From Botryllus schlosseri (Eukaryota), in contig CM119378.1 in assembly GCA_051294905.1 (NCBI GenBank), positions 9,176,001 to 9,240,000 of the forward strand: DNA of 64,000 nucleotides, read 5' to 3'. The notes beneath the pieces are model-generated. The model made no database searches. It had not been told where the DNA came from and was given only the letters and a program-made list of their open reading frames with translations. The position numbers were made by a program, and so were the translations under genes. Shown in pieces: positions 13,684 through 26,700 of this stretch (positions are counted from its first letter, which is position 1; each line of letters begins with the position of its first letter).

Positions 13684-14556
13684 ACCTCGTCGTATTGAGT
13701 TATTGTTCAAACACGATCAAGAACATAACACATTGCTACAGCAGAAGAAAGTTTCTATTTATTATATAAAAATTAATAACAAACAATTCTAAAATTTTCT
13801 GTTCACCCCATGAAAGGGTTAGCCTGTCTATAGAAACGATGTTCACCAAATTTGATTCAATTCCAGCCAGTAGAAGCGGAGTTATTGCCGTCGAAAAATT
13901 TGGATTTGAATAAAATAGTATTTACGGTGGGCATCACTATAATAAATAATTAAAGAATCGGTCACCGTAAATGCTATTTTATTCATAGTCCAAATTTTCT
14001 GACGACAATAAATCCGGCTCCACTGCTTGGAATTGAACCAAATTTGGTTAACATCGTTTCTATAGGCAACCTAGCGCTTTCATGGGGTGAATAGAAAATT
14101 TTCAAATTTTTTGTTATTTATTTTTATATATAGTAAATAGAACGATTTGAGGAAAAAATCATTCTTGAAGAGCCCTACTCTCTATATCGTCGCGCCTGGC
14201 TGCTTTCCTACTGGTTGACTGATAGGCTAGTTCGGGCTGGTTTTATTAGCAACGGTTTTAATATATGCTTTACATCGCTCGCTCTGGTGGATGGTCCTGG
14301 TAGACAGGGTCGTAGGGAATGACTATAATAATCTTGAGGACACATACGCACTAGGAGTAACGCGCGTAGACCTGGGCGTGGTCGCTATAATGGAAGTCAG
14401 ACACAGCGAGAGTGTATAGGTGATGCGTCCTGATGGAAGGATATAATCTTCACAATAGACACGATTTATAAATGTACAAATAAATAAGAAAAGAACATTA
14501 CTATTCGCAAATCAAAAGCGTGGTAAACAAAAGCAATGTAAGGAATGGAATGATTT

Positions 14557-14745
14557 TTATGACTTATTGGCACATGATTCGTGTCTTGATATGATGCGAT
14601 GTATCCAATCGTTGAAACTTTGAACGCGCGTGAACACGCCGGGAACCGTGGTTTTACAATACGCATCGCCCCAGCTAGTTATCCCAGCGAGATAGAAAAG
14701 TCCGTCATCTTGCCTCTTGCAGACCAATGGTCCTCCAGAGTCGCC
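14557..14745 (-). CDS. Exon 27: protease, catalytic Ser and stop
   Basis: atgcag|GDSGGPLVC...GITSWG..C...PGVFTRV...W; stop at 14559-14557. Confidence 0.95.
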   Translation of the reverse strand, partial: GDSGGPLVCKRQDDGLFYLAGITSWGDAYCKTTVPGVFTRVQSFNDWIHRIISRHESCANKS

Positions 14746-17700
14746 CTGCATATATATAAGGGACATCGGTTTTCGGAGAATCGGATGATTATATAGTTTC
14801 ATGTAGCCGTTTGCCAGATATCCGGCATTCATGGAACATGCGCAGCAAATAAAAGATACCATTGTAGGGAAATAGCGAAATGAATCTTTAGCCTGGGTGT
14901 TTCTCAATCCTTTTTTCTAGCGTAGACCCGTAATTATTTGTGGTGATTGCGTGAACCCACTAACCACGAAATTCGGGACATTCACGAATAAATAAATTCC
15001 GCACTCCCGCGCAGTCCTAAACAGGCTTCATAATGTCTAGTCACTCCTGTGGTTGCTTAAAAAGCTACCTGATGAGAAGATGAACGTGAAACAAGATACA
15101 GTGTTTGATATACGAAATCGTCTCATTGTTGAATGTATCTAGGGTTGCGTTTAAAACAAACGGTGTTTTAAAACACTTTGTTTGAAACATGTTTTGAACA
15201 AATGCCTTTTTGAAAAGCATGTAGTATAGTACGGACGAATTGCACCCGATATAGTCGACGCATACGATATGGAGTGGCTGGAAACCTCGAAATCGTTTGT
15301 TGGTTCGACAGTTGTTGCACGTAATTGGTACGGAATGGGTGTCCTAATGATGATGATCGCTCACCGTAAAAATGCTGCATAACGATGTAGTCATGGTTAA
15401 AGATATTTTAGGCTGTTTATGACAGTGGTCGGAAGTCCTTTTCATCGAATAGGACGTAGGAATAGAAACAGGACGTTGTTTATTTTAGTCCTTGATGTTT
15501 TGCGGCATATGCACCTACTCATGATATGACGTACACGCGTCGAAGGGGCGATATTTACCATATATTTTCCACTGTGAATGAAAATTCACTGTGACGTCAC
15601 AATCAAATATTTGTGACGACATGACTAGAAAAAAACATGTTTTAAACAATGGCCATGTTTTAAGCATGTTTGTCTAAAATGGATTTTTGTTTTGAATGCA
15701 ACCCCTATTGTACCGCACATTATCTCAAACTATTTAAAGTAAAATATTCGCATGACTCGATGTGACTCGCGACTCAAAAGAAGTGACTTCATCCCAATAC
15801 TGCTCATTGTTCGGCGCCTCATCTCTCTTTATTTATCATTGTATTCATATATACCTTGCACGAATTTTCCCCAGATCCTCCGGCGCATATGTATGAATCG
15901 TGTATCTCAAATGACGACCAGAACGTAGCTTTACACACCGAGTTGGCAATGATGGGCATTTCAGCTTGTCTGAGGTATCGCTCGATGCCTCGTTCTGTCG
16001 AGATACCACCAATGGCAATAATGTTTTGTACCAGTACATATCAGCTATCAACACTTACTATTTGCTACCCTCCGCCCCCATCCAGTGGTAACGCACGGGT
16101 GGCCTTCCGCGAATGGTTCTTGATTGTTGCCTAATATGCACGCCAACTGAACAGCGGGAGTCTGTCTGGCAGGATACCTGCATACATATATAAAACGCGA
16201 ATTGTAGCTGCCGTACGGTCCCTATATGTTTGGGAGTAACTCTGTTTATTGAATTCCTTCTTTTACTTAGAATAGCTAGTAGGAGAAAGGGACATATCGC
16301 ATTCGTTGATTCATGGTGTTTTGACTTTATTAGTGATTTTACACTAGGCCAGTGGTTCTTAACCTTGCCTCCAGCGCCCCCCAAGGGGCACTGGCGATTT
16401 TGAAGGGGGCGGAAACGCTCAGGGGGCGATATGGGGGGCGCTGGAGAAAAATGGCTTCGCAGTAGATGATGTGGTAGTAGGACATATCCTTAATGAGTAT
16501 TCAGAGCGAATTAACACCGAAAACTTCGTTATATATATAGCCAACAAAAGACATGTAGGTTTAATTGTCCATGGGCGCCTAAATGACTGGCACCGAATGT
16601 TCCTGTCTTGGCAATCTGTACCTCAGAAGACGAATTCCATCTGGCTGGGAAAAATTATATGCCAGTGAAGAAATACCAATTTTAAATAGTGTGCGTCTTT
16701 TAGTTTAGTACGATTGGGCGACAAGGATATATAGAGCTAGATATCCCTGTTGGGCGACATCCCTGTTGGGTGATTCTAGGAGGTCACGAAATAACATTAT
16801 GCAACGAAGTCATACCAACGGGTCCGCCCGCCCGAATTTGTTTAATTATTAGTTACGGTCCCTACAGTTTCCAAGACACCTCACAATGTTCCCTTTACGT
16901 TTTGACGAGTCTGCGCACACTCACTAACTCACTGCGCAGACCCTTGAACAACAGTGCGTAACGACTGAAAAAGGTCATAACTTCGGATTTGTTGTGCGTA
17001 ACGTAGATTTTCTGTGCGCAGAGACCGTGTCAGCACTGCGCACGTGCGCAACTTGGAGGGAACATTGCACCTCACTCAGCTCTACCGGTAAATCTGGTAA
17101 CGTGAGAAGAGAGGACAAGAAATTGATAGCAATATATATGCAATTCCCGATCTTATTGACCGATTTTATCATGAATTATCGAAAATTTTCGCACTTGGCG
17201 TTGGCTCGCTACACAGTACAGCTGATTTCGTGGCAAAAGCGAACAACGTGATGGGGGGCGGTCGGTTTATCACCCTATGGGAGCCCAAGACCCAAGTTTT
17301 TTCGGGGGGCCTGGCGAAGTGTCGTTTCGTTCATGCCAACGGGTATACGCCCGAAGATGCATAATCATTATTGAGGGGTCCCACCTTTTCAATCACACAT
17401 CACTCAGCTCTACTGGTAAATCTGTTTACGTGAGCAAAGAGAGGATAAAAATTGATATCAATATATATGCAATTCCCGACCATATTGACCAATTCAATCA
17501 ATAATTAGTGAAATTTTCCATGCTCCGCGCTTCTAGGCGAGAGTAGCTCGCTCAGTAAATGGACACCAAATGTAGATGACCAGTATCAGCAAATAGCGGA
17601 TAGCCAAAGGGGGGTCTTGGGGCGAAGCCACCCGGAAGTTTGGTGTATCACCCTATGGGGGGCCCAAGACCAACGTTTTTTTTAGGGGGGGCTGACGAAG

Positions 17701-20700
17701 TGCTGTTACGGCCCTGGTAACGACTTAATTGTACCTACGGGCACGCCCGAATATGTTTAATTATCAATTACGTGCCCTTTATTTTCCAATACAACAGCTC
17801 ACTCAGCGCTACTGGTAAATCTGATTACGTGGGCTGAGAGGATAAAAAGTTTATAGCGACGTATATATGTAATTACCACCTATTCATTCATGCATTATAG
17901 AAAATTTTGGCACCTAGGGCGACCAGGCCACACAAAATTTGCTGGCTATCGAAATCACGCTACGGGGTTCTTGGGGGCGAAGCCCTCAGAAGTTTGGTTT
18001 ATCACGCTATCGGTGCGCAAGGCAATCGTTTTTAGGGGAGCTGACGAAGTGCTGTTACGGCCCTCCCTCTTACTCATTGTCTTTATTACATTCCTTACAA
18101 TATGAGGTTGGGGGGCGCTGGAGCACGATAATCTTTGAAAGGGGGCGCTGGAGGGAAAAAGGTTAAGAACCACTGCACTAGGCGAATATTCTCTTTTATT
18201 ATTCCGTATCTGCCAACTAAAGTAGCATGACCAACTTCTGCCACCCATCTCTAATTTTGGCAAGCTAATTACTACAAAAGAAGTTAGCAACTTCGCTCAG
18301 AACTACTGACGGCCTATTACGTAAGGTATTACTTTAAAATGAGAATAAGGTCTGCACCATCGCTATCCCCAGAAAAAATCCGCTCTAATCCGCCCTGCAG
18401 CGTGATCTGCGGGTCTCAGCTACGGGCATGTTTTAAAATATGAATATAATAAACTGCCTACCTCAGCTTGATAAGAGCAATGTCGTTATTCTTATCCTGT
18501 GTAACTTGAAAGTTGTTCCGTAGGAAGATTGCATCGACTAACATCTCCTGTTCCGTACCCTCGTCGTCGAAGAGATCATAGTCTCCCAGAACGACATTGT
18601 GTAAGTCTCCCCTGAAATCAAGGAGTCACTCATTAGGCTGCGTATGTGTATACTAAGCCTGCTAAACATACTGTCGTCGACAACGCTTAGCAGCGACTGA
18701 GAAGTGCTTAATGGGTCGAGGTCGCGGTAGATTTTTTTAAAATCCTTCATGTGCATGTGGTGATCGAAGGCAGATTAGTGGATGTTCATTTAGTGACTTC
18801 GTCAAGATTCGGGAAAGTTACGTCGTCTAATTAAACGTATCGCGTATAGTTCATCAGTATTTTGTAATCTCACCTAACGTAATTCTCACAAACAGTGTTT
18901 TTGTTTCGGAAAGCAATAGTTCCAAGGTAAATGTAACAATGATTTCAGCCATTGCACTTCTCTTTTTGTACGTGCATCACCTTTCTTGGGTAGGGATTCA
19001 ATAAAACTGAGTATGGCCAATACGCGATAGTCACACAACGCTGATGCTGGCGAAGCGATCATTGTTTGCGTCAGGCCCTATTTCTCATCAGGCCAAGACC
19101 CGCTCTTTCGCTGTGGAAAACCCGCTCCTATCACCGTCAATGTCATGTTTTATAGGCCTACCATATTTTCATCGCGCAACAACAGGACGAAGGTAGAGTT
19201 GTTGCGTTTGAGTTTGATGATGTTTTACATTTCCTTGGTTGTTGCAGGAAAAGTTACAAAAACAATGCAAAACAGACAGAAAAACAACAAATCAAATTTA
19301 TTTTTTAGATTCATCTCATGATAATTTTAGCGAGAATGTGAAATTGTTTACACGAAATATCTTCGAAATTATGTGCAACCTTCAATTTCCCTCAACTAAT
19401 AGGTCTACTAATACGATTGAACTTGATGGGCCATAAAAAATCGCGACAGATCATCGCATATAAAAAGGCCCATATGTTACACCTGAGAAAGTCTAACGTA
19501 GTTTACAATAAAAATCAAGAAGGTAGGGCAGAAAAATTTGTTGGAGAACGTTTTTAAGCGAGCGATTCAGCATGCTTTATGGCAACAATAATGTTTCTGA
19601 AAATAAATACAACGTTTCACCTAAACGTCTTTTTGAAAGCATATGTAAATCATTCTCAATGCTAAAAAGAGAACATTTGGGCATTTTTTAGCGTCCTTGG
19701 AGGACAATTCACTCTTCTTTAGAAAAGAGGACCAAACTCTAAAAAGAAGACTTATGGCAAGCCTAATGTTATATAGTGATTGGGACGAGTCTATATAATA
19801 TATATATATATATATATATATCAGTGGTCGGGAACCTGATTTGCCCGAAGAGCCATATTGGCCCTATTTTTTCCATCTCGACTCCCAAAGAGCCATACAT
19901 GCCAATCAACTGTTACGTCACAATTGGAAATTCGTGACGTCATTGTAGCACTAATTCGAACTCACTAAATGGGATTCCTCGTGTGCGCCACGTTTTCTCT
20001 GTAAAAACTGGTATTTATTGTTCGAAAATAAAGCTCGAAACGAGAGGTAAGACGCAGACGGGCCAAGACTCCACCAAGGATAACGCAATTCCTTGTATAA
20101 GTAGCTTAGAATTTATTATAACTGATATTAATCGAATGTGACTGTCACACTGATTCCGAAAATCCAAGGGCGGAGATAATAAAGTCAGCTGATCTGGGAG
20201 AATGCTAATCATGTGATTAAAAACTGCTAATCGGGACGCATCTCAGGCGGAGATAATAAAGCTTATAGCTGAACCGGAATATTGCTAATCGTGTGATTAA
20301 ATACTGCTAATCGCGACTCATCAAGTTGGAAAGGTTACGCCCGATGGTTAGTCGAGGTGTCCCGAGTTTTCAATCAAGTGGCGTTATCATAATGCGAAAA
20401 CGCGTTATAAGCCATCATAGTTGTCAATTTGTTGAATGAAACAGCAGCCTGCTGATAGCGACACTGCCACTGTAATATGTCGAATTATCATCATCGCGAA
20501 ATGAAGGTCGTGTCCAATTCGTTCGGTACAGCTAAGAAATGGATTATAGAATATTGGTATCGTTCTGCAATGGCGGCTACATAATTAGTGAAGCTATTAC
20601 CTAGGAGACCATCGGCACGGTCATTATCGGAAATATTTGTGCGTAGGAATGGTACGCAGTTTTTATAGATAACAAGTTATCTATAGTTTGTTCTGGTTTG

Positions 20701-23700
20701 ATAAATCAAGAGATTAACACTAAATTTATGCGCTGCGATCAACCGGTTTCCTGGGTTGATAAATCCTGACGAACGCGATAATCGACTTTTATTGCTAATC
20801 CAACTTTATTATCTCCGCCCTAAATACTTATCGACTTCTCCATTCTCAAAGTATTCGGCGGTAACATAACGTTGCGCTACACGCATAAATTTTATACTAC
20901 ACGGAACGTGGAGAAAACGGAACGTGGATATAGCTATATGGCGCTGTTTGTAATTCGAGTTTGTAGTTGTGATTGTCACATCCACAACAGTTCATTTCGC
21001 GCCGTAGATCAGAAAGACAATGTGTATTTGAAAACTGCGCTTTGAAATGGGCGGCGCCATATCTACTGTGCTCTTCGACTCAACGTATCGCACAATTCAT
21101 GATTTCGATTCGGGATACATCGCCAGGAGGTTTGAGTCAGTAGTCATTTCGATGGCGTGTGTTCGAATCCCATCGCTGCCACCCCGCCAGGATACAGAGC
21201 CTGTACTCCCTGTTACACCACGAAATGATGTCGCCACACGATAAACGTTTATTACAGAAGAGACATCTTAACAGCACGAGTATAGTCGTTATGTCATGCA
21301 ACTAAATAAACGGTGCAATCAGAGAACTAATCATTAGCGTGCCAATTAACAGGTGCCGAGATTCGGCTCCAGTATATCACAAACAATACTGGCGCATGGA
21401 ATTTGCGAGTTATATTGGGCGCCGGCGTGACAGTAACTTAAATTTGATGATTTTGAAGAGAGGGGGTCCGAGCCCCTAAACCTGAAGACGGCATTGTCTT
21501 TACCTCTCAAAGACATAAGTATGCTGCCACGAGAATAGTTATTTTGGCCGTGATGAAAATTTACCAACAAGTCGCTGCGATATTGATCAATTCAGTACGA
21601 AAATAAATATTTGGCAAAGAGCCATATCTTATACCCAAAAGAGCCATATATGGCTCGCGAGCCATAGGTTCCCGACCACTGATATATATTGACTTTGTCA
21701 CTAAACTCAGCATTAGGGGTCTTCAAAAATGACTTTTTTTCTCAAATCGTACTGGCTACTTGATAAAATTGTTAGATTACCGAATTAAAGCCTACACACC
21801 AAATTTGGCTCAACTCCAACCAGTAGCCGCATTGCTACAGGAGAAGAAAGTTTCTATTATTCTATAGAGTCGGTGTTCACCAAATTTGGCTTAATTCAAA
21901 CCAGTGGAAGCGGGGTTATTGCCGTTGAAAAATTTGGATTGTGAATAAAATAGTATTTACGGTGACCAATTCTTTAAATATTTATTATAGTGGTGCCCAC
22001 CGTAAATACTATTTTATTCAAATCCAAATTTTTCGACGGCAATAACTCCGCTTCCACTGGATTGAATTAAACCAAATTTGGTGAACAAGGTTTCGATAGA
22101 ATAATAGAAACTTTCTTCTCCTGTAGCAATGCGGCTACTGGTTGGAATTGAACCAAATTTGTTACGTAGGCTTAGATTAGGTAACCTAACAAGTTTATCA
22201 AGTAGCCAGTGCGATTTGAGAAAAAATGTCATTTTTGAAGACCCCTACTCAGCATTTGAATATGCAGTATCGATTGCCTGTTCCTAAATTTCAATCGAGT
22301 CGCACGCGGCACAATGCTATGCCCTGGAGGGCCACATGGGGACCTTGAGATTGTGACCTTGATCTACTGGCTGTTAACTTTCTGGATGGTATATAGCAAG
22401 TAAAATCCGGTTGTAGCGCGACCACAAGAACACCATTGGATGTTAATGATACCGATATACTTACAGGTACGGGCAATGTGCGGCAGTTAGCACCCAATAT
22501 CGATCGATAAGTGTTCCGCCACAAAAGAAATGAGCTGTTGGATTGGCGCTGGAGTCGGTGATGTAATATGCTACCTAAAAACATCCACGAGTTAACAGCT
22601 TTCACTAAAACGCGACACCATTCTTGTAATATAGCCTACAATGAAAATGGCCGTCACGTGACATAATTTGCTGTCGACATTGGAAGACCATTGACAGCAA
22701 TGCGCTTTCATTTCATAGTCAATCACGTCATGGCATCAAACCACGTAACATGTCAGCGATATCGTTTACTCTGGTGTTGGTTATTGCATAAATGACGGCC
22801 ATTTATTGATAAATACATATCTTTGAGTTCTCTAACACGGTCCGTGGACATGAGAGCATGTGCCACTTTGGCATGTTGGATAACGCTACAGTTATTTAGG
22901 ATAGGGGTATATTTTGCGGTTAAGATTGGGCTTAGGGGTAGTTTCAGGGCTATAAAGCCACATGCTCCACTGTCTTTTTACTTTATGTCGGGTGGTCGAA
23001 TGCTGAGCAACCCTATCTTTAAACCCGTTGAAACCATGCATGATAACTATAACAAATATACATTTCTGTTGCACTTCATGGATATGCGTATGACCGATTC
23101 TGTCAATTTTGTGCTACCAGTTGAGTAAATCTAAAAATAATATGTTGGTTCTCATATCATGCTTTATGAAGGAATTTCGGATAAGGTTACATTAGGATCA
23201 AGGATGTTGGGGCTACTGAGATGAAATGTCTGGAATGCTGGAGAAACTGCTGATCTCGTGTTGCACCACAATGACTATGCCATTTGTATGCTTAATAATT
23301 GTATAAAGTAAACAATATCGTCCATGAGGTTCGCTAAAGAGAAATATGAATATTCCAATTGACGTTTCGTTTTAAAGCTACACTAAGAGACACGCCGAGG
23401 GCATCAAACAGCCACATGCGGCCCTGGAATTGTTTGGACTGTTTGCCCCTTATATAGGTAAGCGATCTAACGGCTCACAAAGTTCCGAAGATACGGTTCG
23501 GCCTCAGTTCAAAAATTAGAAAATGACCTGAAAGTGCGCCACCCTTAGTTCATATTCAATATCATGCTGTTTCAGCGTTCGTTCCTCATCGCTAACAACT
23601 ATAGTCCATATGATATTACGTTGCAAATAAGGAATGGACACATAGGTGATTGCGTGTACCTGCCACGGATAGTTTCGGGGACTTGCCCTCGCGCCGCCAA

Positions 23701-26700
23701 TTATCTTCTTGACAGATCTTTTCCTCCGGGATTTCGTCATCCTAAAAATTCAAGTGAAATTCTTGCGAAACGACTATGTTGAAAAAGCACTAAATTTATT
23801 GCAACCTGAATTCCATCCATATAGTGAAAAATACAGCATGAGCTATGAATATGCCTGGTGCAGTCCGTATGTATAGGGGGAGGGGTTTGCGTCTCGGCAA
23901 CTGAGGCCTTTTGCACCATGCCTGTTAATTTATGGAACTATATGTCCATAGTGGACAACATCAGGCGCCGTAGTTACGCGTAGATAAAATTAGGGTAGTA
24001 CATTGATGCGAATCCATGGATAAGTGAAAGTTGGCAGTGTCGGAAACACCAGTGCTGACTATGGTGGCATGATCAGCTCAAGTGAAGAAACATATAAATT
24101 TGAAAGGTTTCCGCATCGTAAACCGCCAAACGTGATGAATAGAAATTCCTTATATAACCTTTTTGCGGCGAATATTGTAACATATCCCAGCTCAATTGGA
24201 CTTACTTTCTCGGCATACTGACATACTGAGATGGTATGCAAATCCCCCTTACCGTTTGTTTCCTCGCATTATATCCCAGGCGCTGGCGGAGATTTTGTGA
24301 GATTTCCCGTACGACTTCAGGACGTGCTTCTTTATTTCAAGAAATTCATAATCCCGCGATGACAAATATTCCTTTTTCATATTTTTGGCATTCGCGTGCC
24401 TCTCATGAATCTTCAAAATGTCTATCATTTCTTCATCGTCATCTTCATCATCGTCGAAGTCTCCGGCGCTTCTTCTCTTCCGAGCCGAGTTGATGGTTTC
24501 GGCTCGAAATCCATCGAAAAAGTTGATGTCCCCAGTACCCTGGAAATTCCTGATATCGGGCTTCAAGGACGAACCGCGAACGAACGTAGGATACTTCAAC
24601 CACAACGTTTGGTTGAGTGGTATCCTCATCGCTCCCGTCCAAACATTGTTGGGACGTTTAGGCGATTGTCTTCCTTCCTGCATGTGTTCCATAGAATACA
24701 ATCAGCTCATTCCTAGCCCTGTATTTTCTATTATACTGACCACGGGCATGTCAAATTCTTCAAGAACGGTTTCGTCGCGAAGAATACTTTCGTGATCGTC
24801 CGTCAGTTCCGGTATAACTGGGGTAGCAGAAGGCATACCACACACTGGTTTTGCTCCTGTAGTACAATAGATTCCCTTGTTGAATTTTGTGACTAAAATA
24901 TGTACCAAAGGCACATTTGGTACTCAAGTACAATTAACAGTAGTGATATAAATTTCTACTCAATTACAAGTAGGAGTAGCAATCTTCCAGAATCTAGGTA
25001 TTCCGAGACTACTCAGGTAGAACTACTAAACGAAAGTTAGAAGAAGTACTCCAATAAGTAGATTTAGGAATTAGATTAGGACGATAAATCGCACAACATT
25101 TTGTACGTCAATCGGTAAATTCGCATAATTTCAAGATGGATCTTCCTGACCAACGTATATTGACTATAATGTAGGGTTATCATACGTCCTTTTTGACTTT
25201 TTTGAAAGTGTCCTCGGGGAACGCCCAAATGTCCTCTTTTTTTAGATTTTGTCCTCTTTTTTGAGAATTTTAGTTAAATATAGGGCCAAATTCGACTGAC
25301 ATGCGGTAAGTCAACACTGTAGTAACGCTCCGGCGGCAATTTCGGGAGCTGGGTCGGTAAGTTGACCTTTTTTTAGTCAACCACCTGATAATGTGAAAGA
25401 AAGAACTGTATTTTGGGCGCTGAGCGAGAAAGTTGACCTATTTTTAGTCAACCGACCACGCCGCGGAAAAAATGACCATTTCTGCCGGATTTACCTCCGC
25501 TATTGCAAGTCTGAAAACTTTTAAAAAGTGCCCGATATTCAGATTTCCAAAATATGGTAACCCTACTATAATGACGCTTCAATCGGAGCCTTTTGCTGGA
25601 ATTGTTTTGGTTACGCTGGTTATGCTCTACATCGCCCACTCGCCAATGTCACCCAGAGAAGGGCAGCACATTAATTCAAATACTGCCCTCTACCTCGCTC
25701 TAGCCCGTGGTGAGATAGCATCGTGGTACGTTCCACAACTGCAACACCAATGAGGTGCGAGTTTGAGTCCGACCGAGATCGACTCCAGAATTCCTGTACC
25801 TATGTATTGGAGGTTTATTTAGGCTCCTCCTCGCCGTGTAATCCGCGACAGCGGTGTCATATAAGCCTAAAACTTTGCGCTATTACAACTCGATAATCAC
25901 CAAATCATAATTAAGAATACCGGCCTGGTGTAAAATTACCGATGTAGTCAAAACACCATGAATATCAAAACAATAACCTCTGCCCTTTACCTGTCAAAAT
26001 CTGAACCGGATTCGCTATTTGTTAATCGATACATGTGGAAGTAGAAAACAGACAGTGAGACAGTACTAGTACACATGAATAGAAAGTATACAATGGTTGC
26101 ATCAATATAGTAGAAGTGGTTCATTACTCGCAACACCTCTTACAGTATAAAATATGGGAGAGTTAGTAGAGTATGTCGAGGTCTATGTTTCTGTGATGAG
26201 ATCCTCAGAGTGGAGATGTGTACTGACCAGGTGCATTGGAATCGCAAAAAGACTCGTCGCTGTCGTCGCCGCAATCATCATATCCATTACAGCGTTGCGT
26301 ATTCGATATGCAGAAATTGTTGCCGCATCTAAATTTGGAGGGCCAACAGCAAGGATCGCAAGCCTCGTTCTTCAATCGTATGTCGTCGATGGCGATGTCT
26401 CCCAAATAATCCAATCCTATAGTTCCTTTTATGATGACCTGTTGCAAAGATGCCGGAAAGCCATGTTTATTGAGTATTTGTAATTTGGGTCAATGTATTT
26501 AGGATGGTGTGAAACCCTGAAAAGTTCTGGCTCGCGTGAACACGAACTTTAGCCTTCCTGGGGTGATGTGGAAGTATCATTTGTCGCTTAATCAGGTACT
26601 ATACAAACTCCGCCAATGTGCCGAGATATAAGCTCATGATCTTACTTTAGTTCGTCTCCAGTCTAATTAGCGGTGCTGGAGTCGAGGCATTTATTCGCAA

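Larger units (their letters stand above)
3144..13730 (+). mobile_element. Ty3/Gypsy (Mag-like) LTR retrotransposon, inactivated
   Basis: TG..CA LTRs (3144-3397; 11593-11797 plus ~13683-13730), 5-bp TSD cattg, PBS, PPT; domain order gag-PR(DTG)-RT(FIDD)-RNaseH-IN; stops and frameshifts present. Confidence 0.97.
3023..14177. mobile_element. Fold-back TAGGG-type MITE (~563 bp; arms 3023-3143 and 13736-14177) split by the Gypsy element
   Basis: TIR tagggctcttcaa / ttgaagagcccta; the joined halves align to the uninterrupted relative at 21714-22247 across gcattg|ctacag. Confidence 0.88.

Noticed and set aside
15066-15100. CTGATGA...GAAAC hammerhead-like words
   Set aside because: No compatible stems I or III or cleavage triplet. 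The same applies to 55564-55595.
24702-24704. In-frame TGA between two long ORFs, suggesting readthrough or selenocysteine
   Set aside because: A canonical 63-nt GT-AG intron removes it and keeps the frame.
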